Assembly (NCBI GenBank): GCA_002684655.1 | Contig: NYVR01000091.1 | Span: 1,452 to 65,451 of the forward strand | Reading direction: 5' to 3' | Length of the DNA stretch: 64,000 nucleotides | Source of the DNA: Planctomycetota bacterium | Lineage (GTDB): Bacteria; Planctomycetota; UBA1135; UBA2386 | Shown here: one piece after another, positions 43,734-52,535 of the stretch | How the letters are laid out: each line of letters starts with the position of its first letter | How positions within the stretch are numbered: position 1 is the stretch's first letter | Translations under genes and position numbers: made by a program | The notes under the pieces: generated by a model | Told to the model about the DNA's origin: nothing | The model's database searches: none | The model's input: the letters and a program-made list of their open reading frames with translations, nothing else

Positions 43734-46256
43734 CTAGCTCTTACGCGGATCTGCATAGGCAGCGCCGACCGGCAAGCCGCCGTCCGCCGAATGCAGGACC
43801 TGGAAGTGGTCTCGCCCTTGCTCGTCAGGTCCTCGGAAAACCAGCGTAGCTGCCGCTGCCTGCGGGACGATTTGCGCGAGCACGTTGAAGAGCGAAGTCA
43901 CGCGACGCACGGGCACGTCCTGCCCGTCGCGCTGCAGCACCAACAAAACGGCGCGGCCCTGGAGCTTGTCCAGAGACCCCTGCAGCTCGGCGGCGACCTC
44001 GCTGATGTGGTTGTCGTCGTCGCCGTCGGCGACCCCGATGACGACCATAGGAGGAGCAGAATCGTCCCGGACCCCGAGCAACCGCAGCAGCGACTGGCCG
44101 GAAGGCTCAGCGCGCGAGGGAGCGGCGCTTTGGGCGTCTGCGGGCGGCGCGGCGGGAGCTGACGGCTCCGGCTCAACAGGCGCCGGCGCCTCCTGCGGAT
44201 GCAGCTGCGCAGGCTCGCCGTCGCCGCTCTCCAGCAAAACCTTCGACGCCTTCTTCTTGCGCAACCCTGAGACGATCTTCTCTAGGGCCTCGCTCGCATC
44301 GTGACCGCCAGGCCACGCAACCGTGACCGTGACCCCGACGAGGACCCCAGCTGCCTTTAGCCTGTCGTCGAGCTCTGCGTCGACCATGCGCGCGTCCATC
44401 GCGTCATCACCGGTCGACTCGACGCAGAGGCGCGCTCGCTTGCCCTTCTTCTCCAGCGCCTCGAGCAACGGCGGGTGCAAGCGGACTGGCGCGTCGCCGT
44501 CGAGCAGCACCGTGGCCGCGCCGAGCGCCAGCACGTGCTCAGCGACGGCGCGGGCCGCGACGGAGTCGTGGATCGTAACCTGCTGAAGCGCGAGCTCGAC
44601 CCCGTCAAGCTCGCGGGCGATGGTGCGCGGCAGTTGATCTTCCGAGCGACCGTTCAGCTCGCAGCTGATGACCACGCCGCTGTCGCTCTTAGTCACCTCA
44701 AGCAGTCGCGGGAACAAAACGTCGACATCGCCGCCCTCAGCGATCTCCAAGCGCGCCACCTTCGCGGACTCGATCGCTTCGTGGAGGTTCTGTCGCAGCG
44801 TGCGCGACAGCGCCGCGCCGCCGCGGACATCAATCCGCACCGAAGCGCCCTGGAGGCCCTCGAGCGCCGCCGGCAAGCGTCGGTCAAGAGCGCGCTGCAG
44901 CTCCTTAGGCTTACCGGCCTCGCTCTCAACGATCACGAGCTTGCAGTCCCCGTCGTCGCCGAAATGCACGGGCGGCGGCAGGAACGGCTCCCGGTCCGCG
45001 CCGCTGACGGTGCAACTAAGACGGCGAGGCGCCATCGACGCGGCCGCGCGCTCGACGGCCGCGGCGGCTTCGGCATCCAAATCAAATCCTGTGGGCCAGT
45101 CGACCACCACGTCTTTACCGGCGGTCGCCTCTTGAAGGCCGAGACACTCGCTCGCGAACGCCGACAACACGGCGCCCCTCGACCGACCGTTCGGGGTGAC
45201 CAGCAGCGACACCTCCTCGCCGCTGCGAATCTCCACCAGCGGCGGCCACACGATTTCACGATCGTCCGCGGCGCCGATCTCTACGAGCGTCGCGCCCGCC
45301 CCGCGCGCGAAGTCGACGCAGAAACGCTGCACTGCGGCCGATCCTGACGCGAACTCAAAGCGCACGCTGTTGCCCTCGAAATCTGATTCGCGGCCGTCGA
45401 GCACGAGCGAGAGCCCGTCGACCACGTCCTCGTCGCTGCCCTCTAGCCCGACGATGACGGTCGCCTGGTCATCGCTGACCGAGCACTGCACACGATCTTC
45501 GACGTCCCGATCGAACATGACGCGCGCCCCGACCGCCACGCTCCGAGCGCCGCCGTCACGCAGCGCCTTCGCGAGCGCCTCGCGAGTCTCCGTATCAGGC
45601 TTGACGCTGCCGACGAACTTGAAGACAAAACGCACGCCTTGCGCCGCCGCGACGAGCGCGACGACGTGTTCGGCCATCGCGGTCGGCAGGTCGACCTGCT
45701 CGCACTCGCCGGTCTGGATGGTGACCTTGGTCGCGTCCGCTGCAGCCTCGCTGCTGACCTCGACCGTAGGCAAGCTCCCTTCGTGCACGGTCTCATCGCC
45801 GTAGCCGCGTTTGACCACGACCAGCAGGGGCTTCTCGGTCGCAAGCTGCTCGGCGACGACCTCTTTCACCGCGCTCCCGATCATTCCGTCGCCGGTGAAG
45901 CGGACGAGGACCCTGCGATGGCGCAGCGACGTCGAGAACGAACCTGCGATCCTGGCGAGCGGGCCGCGGACGGCGTCCATGACCTCCGGCTTCGGCATGT
46001 CGGGTACGTCAACGGTCACGACCGTATCGAACCCGTCCTCGTCGCTCTGCGAGCACGTGGCCTTGACCGGGCCTTGGTCTTCTTCGAGCGCCTCCAGCTC
46101 CTCTGCGTCGAGTTCCTCAAGCACCGGGATGTCGTCGATAGGCTCGAGCTCGGGGGTCTCCTCGAGCGGCTCGAGTTCCGGGAGCTGTGCGTCGATGGCG
46201 TCCTTAGCGGAGCGGCCTGGGCGCTTGCGGGGCAACCCGTGTCCGTGCTTGGTCAT
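43734..46256 (-). CDS. Hypothetical cytoplasmic protein with ~8 tandem ~90-aa alpha/beta repeats and an acidic N-terminus
   Basis: ATG 46256; recurring unit ends IVWPPL, PFLPPP, VLFPRL, RLHPPL, QLHPQ; no signal peptide. Confidence 0.75.
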   Translation of the reverse strand: MTKHGHGLPRKRPGRSAKDAIDAQLPELEPLEETPELEPIDDIPVLEELDAEELEALEEDQGPVKATCSQSDEDGFDTVVTVDVPDMPKPEVMDAVRGPLARIAGSFSTSLRHRRVLVRFTGDGMIGSAVKEVVAEQLATEKPLLVVVKRGYGDETVHEGSLPTVEVSSEAAADATKVTIQTGECEQVDLPTAMAEHVVALVAAAQGVRFVFKFVGSVKPDTETREALAKALRDGGARSVAVGARVMFDRDVEDRVQCSVSDDQATVIVGLEGSDEDVVDGLSLVLDGRESDFEGNSVRFEFASGSAAVQRFCVDFARGAGATLVEIGAADDREIVWPPLVEIRSGEEVSLLVTPNGRSRGAVLSAFASECLGLQEATAGKDVVVDWPTGFDLDAEAAAAVERAAASMAPRRLSCTVSGADREPFLPPPVHFGDDGDCKLVIVESEAGKPKELQRALDRRLPAALEGLQGASVRIDVRGGAALSRTLRQNLHEAIESAKVARLEIAEGGDVDVLFPRLLEVTKSDSGVVISCELNGRSEDQLPRTIARELDGVELALQQVTIHDSVAARAVAEHVLALGAATVLLDGDAPVRLHPPLLEALEKKGKRARLCVESTGDDAMDARMVDAELDDRLKAAGVLVGVTVTVAWPGGHDASEALEKIVSGLRKKKASKVLLESGDGEPAQLHPQEAPAPVEPEPSAPAAPPADAQSAAPSRAEPSGQSLLRLLGVRDDSAPPMVVIGVADGDDDNHISEVAAELQGSLDKLQGRAVLLVLQRDGQDVPVRRVTSLFNVLAQIVPQAAAATLVFRGPDEQGRDHFQVLHSADGGLPVGAAYADPRKS

Positions 46257-46475
46257 ATGTAGGGTCTGCGGAATCAGAAGGAGGGGGTCGCACAACGTAG
46301 CAGCGAGCAAGCTCGCGCCAAGCCCAAGACATCATACGACGGGGGCGGCTCCGCCTGGTCTTCGCCGGATGGCTCCGGCGACGCCGGCGTTTCCGCCCGC
46401 GGACGACGCCCGTGGATTCGGATGGATTCGGCGACGCACTGTTCTCCCGAAGGCGGCGTATCGTAAAAGAGGCGT

Positions 46476-47459
46476 ATGCCGAAACCGAAGCTGGCGTTTG
46501 GAAGACAGCCGAACTGGGAGCGCCTGCGCGCCCTCAAGTGGGCCGTCCCAGCCACCCTCCTCCTGATCTTGGGTTTGACGATGTATTACACCGTCCCACC
46601 CGACTCGCAGGGCGTCGTGCTCCGATTCGGTCGATTCAGTTCGATCGAGGACCCCGGACTGCATTTCAAGCTCCCGCTAGGCATCGACTCCGTCCAAACC
46701 GTCCCGGTCAAGCGACAGCTGAAGCTGGAGTTCGGCTTCGGCACGGACGGCGCGACCAACTCACGCCAACGCAACATCAGCCGACAGGGCCAATCGCTCG
46801 AGAAGAGCATGGTCACGGGCGACCTGAGCGCCGCGCTCATCGAATGGATCGTCCAGTACCGCATCGACGACCCGCGATCGTTCTTATTCGTAGTCCGGGC
46901 TCCTGAGCAGACCTTGCGGGACCTGAGCGAAGCCGTGATGCGCGAGGTCATCGGTGACCGCACGGTCGACGAGGTCATCACGACAGGTCGGCAGGAGATC
47001 GAAGATCAGGCCCTGCAGCGACTCCGCGAAATGGCGGCGAACTACCAGCTCGGGATCAAGGTGGACCAGCTGCAATTGAAGAACGTCAACCCTCCGAGCG
47101 AAGTGCAGAACTCGTTCAACGAGGTCAACAAGGCGCAGCAAGACCGCCAGCAGAAGATCAACGTCGCCAACGGCGAATACAACAAGGTGGTGCCGCGAGC
47201 CAAAGGCGAAGCGGAGCAGAAGATCAGCGAGGCCGAGGGCTACAAGCTCAAGCGCATCAACGAGGCTCAAGGCGACGCCGCGGCGTTTAACTCCGTCCTC
47301 ACGGAGTTCGTGAAGGCGCCTGAGGTGACGCGGAAGCGGCTCTACCTTGAGACTATGACGGAGGTGATCCCGGGCCTAAACAGGACGTGGATCGTGGACG
47401 ATTCGGTTACGCAGCTGCTGCCGATGGTGCAGGGCGCCGGTTCGGGAGGTGGAAAGTGA
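46476..47459 (+). CDS. hflK: FtsH modulator HflK
   Basis: TM, GVVLRFG, PGLHFKLP, MVTGD, NPPSEV..FNEV..A, VPRAKGEA, RLYLETM. Confidence 0.93.
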   Translation: MPKPKLAFGRQPNWERLRALKWAVPATLLLILGLTMYYTVPPDSQGVVLRFGRFSSIEDPGLHFKLPLGIDSVQTVPVKRQLKLEFGFGTDGATNSRQRNISRQGQSLEKSMVTGDLSAALIEWIVQYRIDDPRSFLFVVRAPEQTLRDLSEAVMREVIGDRTVDEVITTGRQEIEDQALQRLREMAANYQLGIKVDQLQLKNVNPPSEVQNSFNEVNKAQQDRQQKINVANGEYNKVVPRAKGEAEQKISEAEGYKLKRINEAQGDAAAFNSVLTEFVKAPEVTRKRLYLETMTEVIPGLNRTWIVDDSVTQLLPMVQGAGSGGGK

Positions 47460-48400
47460 AGATCGTTTCGATCCTGTTGGGCCTCTTGGCCCTGTTCGTC
47501 GTGCTCCTCCTCGGCGGCGCGTTCTTCACCGTCCACGAGACCGAGGCGGTCATCCTGACCCAGTTCGGTAGACCCGTCGGCGAGCCGATCACCGAGCCCG
47601 GATTGCACTTCAAGACCCCGTTCGTGCAGGACGTCAACCGGCTGGAGAAGCGCGTCCTTGAGTGGGACGGCCCGGCGACCGAGATGCCGACAAAAGACAA
47701 GACCTACGTCATCGTCGACACCTTCGCGCGCTGGCAGATCGGCAACCCAAAAGACTACTTCGTCAAGCTCCGCGACGAACGCAGCGCCCAGTCTCGCCTC
47801 GAAGACATCATCGGCAGCGAGGTTCGAACCGCGGTCGCAGGCCACGAGCTCATCGAGGTCGTGCGCAGCAACACCAGCCGTAACGCGGCGAACGCCCCGA
47901 TCAAAGAGGGCGCAGACTCTTCTGCGCTACGCCGCGCAGCGCGCGGTCGCTTGGCGCTGCAGGCGGACATCCTCGAGGCGGCGAAGCCCAAGCTAGCGAC
48001 GCTGGGCATCACGCTGCTCGACGTCCGCATCAAACGGGTGAACTACAACCGCGACGTTGTCACCAACATCTACCGCCGAATGATCAGTGAGCGCGAGCAG
48101 ATCGCCCAGCGCTTCCGCAGCGAAGGAGAGGGCGAGGCCGCGCGGATCAACGGCCGCCGCGAGCGCGACCTGCGCGAGATCGAGTCCAACGCTTATAAGC
48201 GCGTCCAGGAGCTCAGAGGCGAAGCCGACGCAGAGGCGACGCGGATCTACGCCGAGGCCTACAACAAGAGCTCTGAAGCGCGCGAGTTCTACGGCTTCCT
48301 GAAGACCCTGGACACCTACCGGGCGATCCTCGGAAACCAGACGAACGTGATCCTCTCCACCGACAGCGAGCTGTTCCGGCTGCTAGAGAAATCCAACTGA
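47456..48400 (+). CDS. hflC: FtsH modulator HflC
   Basis: GTG overlaps the hflK stop; TQFG..PGLHFKTPF, RMISERE..A..FRSEG, FYGFLKTL. Confidence 0.93.
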   Translation: MKIVSILLGLLALFVVLLLGGAFFTVHETEAVILTQFGRPVGEPITEPGLHFKTPFVQDVNRLEKRVLEWDGPATEMPTKDKTYVIVDTFARWQIGNPKDYFVKLRDERSAQSRLEDIIGSEVRTAVAGHELIEVVRSNTSRNAANAPIKEGADSSALRRAARGRLALQADILEAAKPKLATLGITLLDVRIKRVNYNRDVVTNIYRRMISEREQIAQRFRSEGEGEAARINGRRERDLREIESNAYKRVQELRGEADAEATRIYAEAYNKSSEAREFYGFLKTLDTYRAILGNQTNVILSTDSELFRLLEKSN

Positions 48401-48429
48401 CGACACCGTCGCCACCGAGAGACTCAACC

Positions 48430-49353
48430 ATGGACCGACGCAGCTTCCTTGCCGCTGGCGGCGCCGCCGCAGCCTTCTCCGCGACCGGCGTGACCGGTGC
48501 TCACGCCGACGACCGCGGCCCTCAGGCCAGCCCGGGAGAACCCTTCCAGCTGCTCTATGCGCCGCACTTCGGCATGTTTAAGAACCACGCGAAGTCACTC
48601 GAGGACCAGCTGCAGTTCGCCGCCGACCAAGGCTTCCGCGCCTGGGAAGACAACGGCATGTCCGGCAGAGACGAGGCGACCCAGCGACGCCTCGCGGCCA
48701 AGATGGGCAAGCTCGGGATGACCATGGGCGTGTTCATCGCGCACGGCGACTTTTCGCAGCCGACGTTCGCCTCCGGACGCAAAGACCATCAAGAGCGCGT
48801 GCTCAAGGAGATCGACAGAGCCTGCGTCGTCGCCGAACGAGTCAACGCGACGTGGTGCACGGTCGTGCCGGGCGCCGTCGACCCCCGCAAAGACGCTGGC
48901 TACCAATTCGCCAACTGCGTCGAGCTGCTCAAGCGCTGCTGCGAGCGCATCGATCAGAACAAGAGCGACCTCGTCATGGTCCTTGAGCCGCTGAACTTCC
49001 GCGACCACCCGCGGCTCTACCTGACCAAGATGGCGCAAGGCTTCGCGCTCTGTCGCGCCGTCGGGAGCGCGCACTGCAAGGTCCTCAACGACCTGTATCA
49101 CCAACAGATCACCGAGGGCAACCTGATCCCCAACATCGACGCGTCGTATTCCGAGATCGGCTACTTCCAGTGCGGCGACAACCCCGGTCGAAGAGAGCCT
49201 TACACCGGCGAGATCAACTACCGGAACGTCTTCGCCCACATCCACAGAAAGGGCTTCAGGGGGGTCGTTGGCATGGAGCACGGCCTGTCCCAGGGCGGCA
49301 AGGAAGGCGAGCTCAAGCTGATCAACGCGTATCGCGAAGCCGACGCGTTCTGA
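48430..49353 (+). CDS. Tat-exported hydroxypyruvate isomerase / xylose-isomerase-like TIM barrel
   Basis: MDRRSFLAAG Tat signal; LEPLN, DLYHQQITEGN, DNPGRREP.TGEINY, GMEH. Confidence 0.88.
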   Translation: MDRRSFLAAGGAAAAFSATGVTGAHADDRGPQASPGEPFQLLYAPHFGMFKNHAKSLEDQLQFAADQGFRAWEDNGMSGRDEATQRRLAAKMGKLGMTMGVFIAHGDFSQPTFASGRKDHQERVLKEIDRACVVAERVNATWCTVVPGAVDPRKDAGYQFANCVELLKRCCERIDQNKSDLVMVLEPLNFRDHPRLYLTKMAQGFALCRAVGSAHCKVLNDLYHQQITEGNLIPNIDASYSEIGYFQCGDNPGRREPYTGEINYRNVFAHIHRKGFRGVVGMEHGLSQGGKEGELKLINAYREADAF

Positions 49354-49366
49354 ACGAGGGCGCCGG

Positions 49367-49936
49367 CTACGTCGCCCGCTCGCCGAACAGCAGCTCTCCA
49401 GCCCACGGCTGCACGCCCTCAAGGCGCAGCAGCGCGCGTTTGTTCTCTAAGCCGCTGGCGAACCCCGTGAGTTGGCCGCCGCTCCCCACGACGCGGTGAC
49501 ACGGCACGATGACGGTTAGCGGGTTGCGCCTGTTCGCGGCGCCGACCGCGCGCGCAGCGGTCGGGCGCCCCATCGCTGCCGCCTGTCGCGCGTAGCTGCT
49601 CGTCTGGCCGTAGGGGATCTCGCGAAGCGCCCACCACGCGCTCACTTGGAACACCGTCCCGACCGGATCGAGCGGCAGGTCAAACGACCGCAGCTCACGA
49701 CCGAAGTAGGCCTGCAGCTGCGCGGCGCACGCTTGGATCACCTCTTGATCGGGGTCCTCGACGACATCGCCGGTGACGCCGTTGCCGGCGGCGTCGCTGC
49801 CGGCGAAGAGCAGGGCTCGCAGGCCCCGCTCGCTCGCGTAAGCGTGCAACGAGCCTAGCGGCGTCGAGATCTCCCCGTGAGCGAAGGAGCCTGTCGACGG
49901 GCGACGCCGCTTGAAGCTGCCTGCGGGCCGCGTCAC
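49367..49936 (-). CDS. ogt: Methylated-DNA--protein-cysteine methyltransferase
   Basis: GTVFQ..W..LREIPYGQT.SY, ARAVGAAN..NP, PCHRV active site. Confidence 0.92.
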   Translation of the reverse strand: MTRPAGSFKRRRPSTGSFAHGEISTPLGSLHAYASERGLRALLFAGSDAAGNGVTGDVVEDPDQEVIQACAAQLQAYFGRELRSFDLPLDPVGTVFQVSAWWALREIPYGQTSSYARQAAAMGRPTAARAVGAANRRNPLTVIVPCHRVVGSGGQLTGFASGLENKRALLRLEGVQPWAGELLFGERAT

Positions 49937-52167
49937 CGGACGGTCTTCGCTGCCAAGTAGGGCAGCGGGATGTCGTGAGCGTCTACGCCGCGACGCACGG
50001 CGTCGCGCTGGACCATGTAGGGGTCGGCCAGGAAGCCGCGGGCGATCGCGCAGAGATCAGCGCGGCCTGCCGCGACGATCGTGTGGGCGTGATCGAGGCC
50101 CTGGATCGCGCCGACCGCCATCACCGGCACGTCCGCCTCGAAGCGGATTCGCTCGGCGAAGGGCACCTGATACATGCGCCCGTACTGCGGTCGCGACTCC
50201 GGCACGTTGCCAGCTGAAGAAACGTCGATGACGTCCACGCCTGCGTCTTTAAGCCAACGGGACAGCTGCACCGCCTCGTCCACCGTGATGCCGCGGTCTT
50301 CGCTGTCGAACCAGTCCGTCGCCGACAAGCGCACAAACAGCGGCATGCTGTCGGGGATCGCGGCCCGCACCGCCCGGGCCACCTCCATGGGGAAGCGAGC
50401 ACGGTTCTCGAGCGAACCGCCGAAGTCGTCGTCGCGGACGTTGCTCAGCGGCGACAGGAAGCTCGACAGGAGGTAGCCGTGCGCCATGTGCACCTCGACG
50501 AGATCAAATCCCGCGCGCACACACCGCTCTGCGCTGGCCACGAACGCGTCCAGGACTCGGCGCATATCCTGGGCGTCCATCGCGCGCGGCGTCGGCCAGT
50601 CGGGACCGAACGGCAGCGCAGACGGACCTATCGTGGGCCACGCGTCGTCACCCGTCAGGGGCGCGTCACCCTCCCACGGCCGGCTGCAGGACGCCTTTCG
50701 GCCGGCGTGAGCGATCTGCATCCCGATCTTTGATGAGGAGTGCGTATGGACGAAGTCGACGACGCGCTTCCACGCCGCCTCTTGCTCGTCGGTCCACATC
50801 CCCGCGCACCCGGGCGTGATCAAGCCGTCCGCGGTGACGTTGGTCATTTCGGTCATGACCAAGCCCGCCCCACCGGTAGCTCGACTCCCGAGGTGCACGA
50901 AGTGCCAGTCGCCGACGACGCCATCCGTGGCGGAGTACATGCACATCGGAGAGACGACGACGCGGTTGGGGATCGTCGTCCCACGGACGGGGAACGGCAG
51001 GAACGCGGGCGGCAGCCCCGCCTCGGCGCCTGCCTCTCGCGCGACGAGGGCGTCGACGGCGCCGACGAGGTCGGGGTCACGCGTCTCCAGGTTGTCGTGC
51101 GTGATGCGCTTGCTGCGCGTCATCAGGTTGAAGACGAAGCGCTCGGGCACCTGCTGCAGATAGCGGCCGCTGTTCTCGAACCACTCCAAGCTAGTCTGCG
51201 CGGCGCGCTGCACCTTGAGGACGTCGACGAAACGCGCCTCCTCATAGACCTCCAACGCCCGCGCCGTGTCGCCGACGTTCTCCGCGACGGCGTCGGCCAA
51301 GGCGATCGCGTCCTCCATCGCGAGCTTGGTGCCGGATCCAATGCTGAAGTGCGCCGTGTGCGCTGCGTCGCCTAACAACACGACGTTCTCGTGCCGCCAA
51401 GACTCGCAACGAACGGTCGGGAAGGTGCGCCAAATGGAGCGATTGGTGAGCAGCTGCTCGCCTTCCAGGTGATCGGCGAACAGCTCGTGGCAAAACCGCG
51501 CGGAGGCCTCTTCATCGAGCTTATCGAGCCCGGCACGTTTCCAGGTCTCTTCACGGCACTCGACGATCCAGGTGCCGAGGCCGTCCTCGAAGGGATATGC
51601 GTGGACCTGAAACAAGCCCCACTCGGTCTCCCTGAAGACGAACGTGAACGCCGTCATCTTCTTGGTGGTCCCAAACCAAGCGAACTTGCATTTGCGCCAA
51701 TCGAGGTCGGGGCGGAACGTGTCGGCGAAGCGCTGCCGCACTTGTGAGTTGACGCCGTCGGCGGCGACGACGAGGTCCGAGTCAGCGACCAGCTGGTCGA
51801 AGTCCTCGACCGTGTGCTCGAAGTGCAAGCCAACGCCGAGCTCGCGGCACCGATCCTGCAGCAGCAACAGCAGCTTCTTCCGCGCCAAGCCACAGAAGCC
51901 GTGGCCCGTGCTGGTGACCTTCTCGCCGGCGTAGAAGGTGTCGATGTCCGTCCAATACGCGAACTCGTCGCGGATTCGGCGGAAGCTCTCCGGGTCTGCT
52001 TCCTCGAAGTTGCCCAGCGTCTCGTCCGAGAAGACTACGCCCCAGCCGAACGTGTCGTCTGAGCGGTTCTGCTCGTAGATGTCGATCTGCGCGCTCGGCA
52101 GCCGCTTGGACAGCAGGATCGCGAAGTAGAGCGACGCCGGGCCACCACCGATGCAGGAGATCTTCAT
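49933..52167 (-). CDS. Bifunctional FAD monooxygenase / NADH:flavin oxidoreductase (salicylyl-CoA 5-hydroxylase / anthraniloyl-CoA monooxygenase type)
   Basis: IGGGPASL, TFGWGVVFSD, GDAAHTAHFSIGSGTKLAMED, then an OYE domain NRVVVSPMCMY, HMAHGYLLSSFLSP. Confidence 0.92.
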   Translation of the reverse strand: MKISCIGGGPASLYFAILLSKRLPSAQIDIYEQNRSDDTFGWGVVFSDETLGNFEEADPESFRRIRDEFAYWTDIDTFYAGEKVTSTGHGFCGLARKKLLLLLQDRCRELGVGLHFEHTVEDFDQLVADSDLVVAADGVNSQVRQRFADTFRPDLDWRKCKFAWFGTTKKMTAFTFVFRETEWGLFQVHAYPFEDGLGTWIVECREETWKRAGLDKLDEEASARFCHELFADHLEGEQLLTNRSIWRTFPTVRCESWRHENVVLLGDAAHTAHFSIGSGTKLAMEDAIALADAVAENVGDTARALEVYEEARFVDVLKVQRAAQTSLEWFENSGRYLQQVPERFVFNLMTRSKRITHDNLETRDPDLVGAVDALVAREAGAEAGLPPAFLPFPVRGTTIPNRVVVSPMCMYSATDGVVGDWHFVHLGSRATGGAGLVMTEMTNVTADGLITPGCAGMWTDEQEAAWKRVVDFVHTHSSSKIGMQIAHAGRKASCSRPWEGDAPLTGDDAWPTIGPSALPFGPDWPTPRAMDAQDMRRVLDAFVASAERCVRAGFDLVEVHMAHGYLLSSFLSPLSNVRDDDFGGSLENRARFPMEVARAVRAAIPDSMPLFVRLSATDWFDSEDRGITVDEAVQLSRWLKDAGVDVIDVSSAGNVPESRPQYGRMYQVPFAERIRFEADVPVMAVGAIQGLDHAHTIVAAGRADLCAIARGFLADPYMVQRDAVRRGVDAHDIPLPYLAAKTVR

Positions 52168-52249
52168 GCGGGGGCTACTCTAGACCGTGGAGCACCGACC
52201 GGCCAACCGAACGCCCCCGGAACGGCCTCCGCGCCTCCAGGTCGGGGTA

Positions 52250-52266
52250 TCGCAAGTCATTTGCGA
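52250..52266. promoter_or_regulatory. Inverted repeat, candidate transcription-factor operator in a divergent intergenic region
   Basis: TCGCAA-gtcat-TTGCGA perfect 6-5-6 palindrome. Confidence 0.35.
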
Positions 52267-52513
52267 AAAGGGTCCTGCAACCGATTGGCGTCGACATCGC
52301 CGCGCCCGGGAGGCGAATCAGAACGCCGTAAACGCCCCCATCGGTCGATTTTGGCGCGCTCGGACGAAAGTCCGAATCGACCGACCGATTATCCGTGATT
52401 CGTGCAGACCGAATACGTCGTTCTCGTTGCAGCTTGCAAAGGTAGATTGCACGTCCGACAGCAGGAAGGTAGCCGGTAATATGTCCGGTGAGGTCATAGT
52501 CCCCGACCAGCCG

Positions 52514-52522
52514 CCCCCCCCC
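52514..52522 (+). repeat. C9 homopolymer at the 5' end of the sugar transferase
   Basis: Nine consecutive C between ATG 52481 and the main reading frame. Confidence 0.8.
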
Positions 52523-52535
52523 AACCGAAACACGC

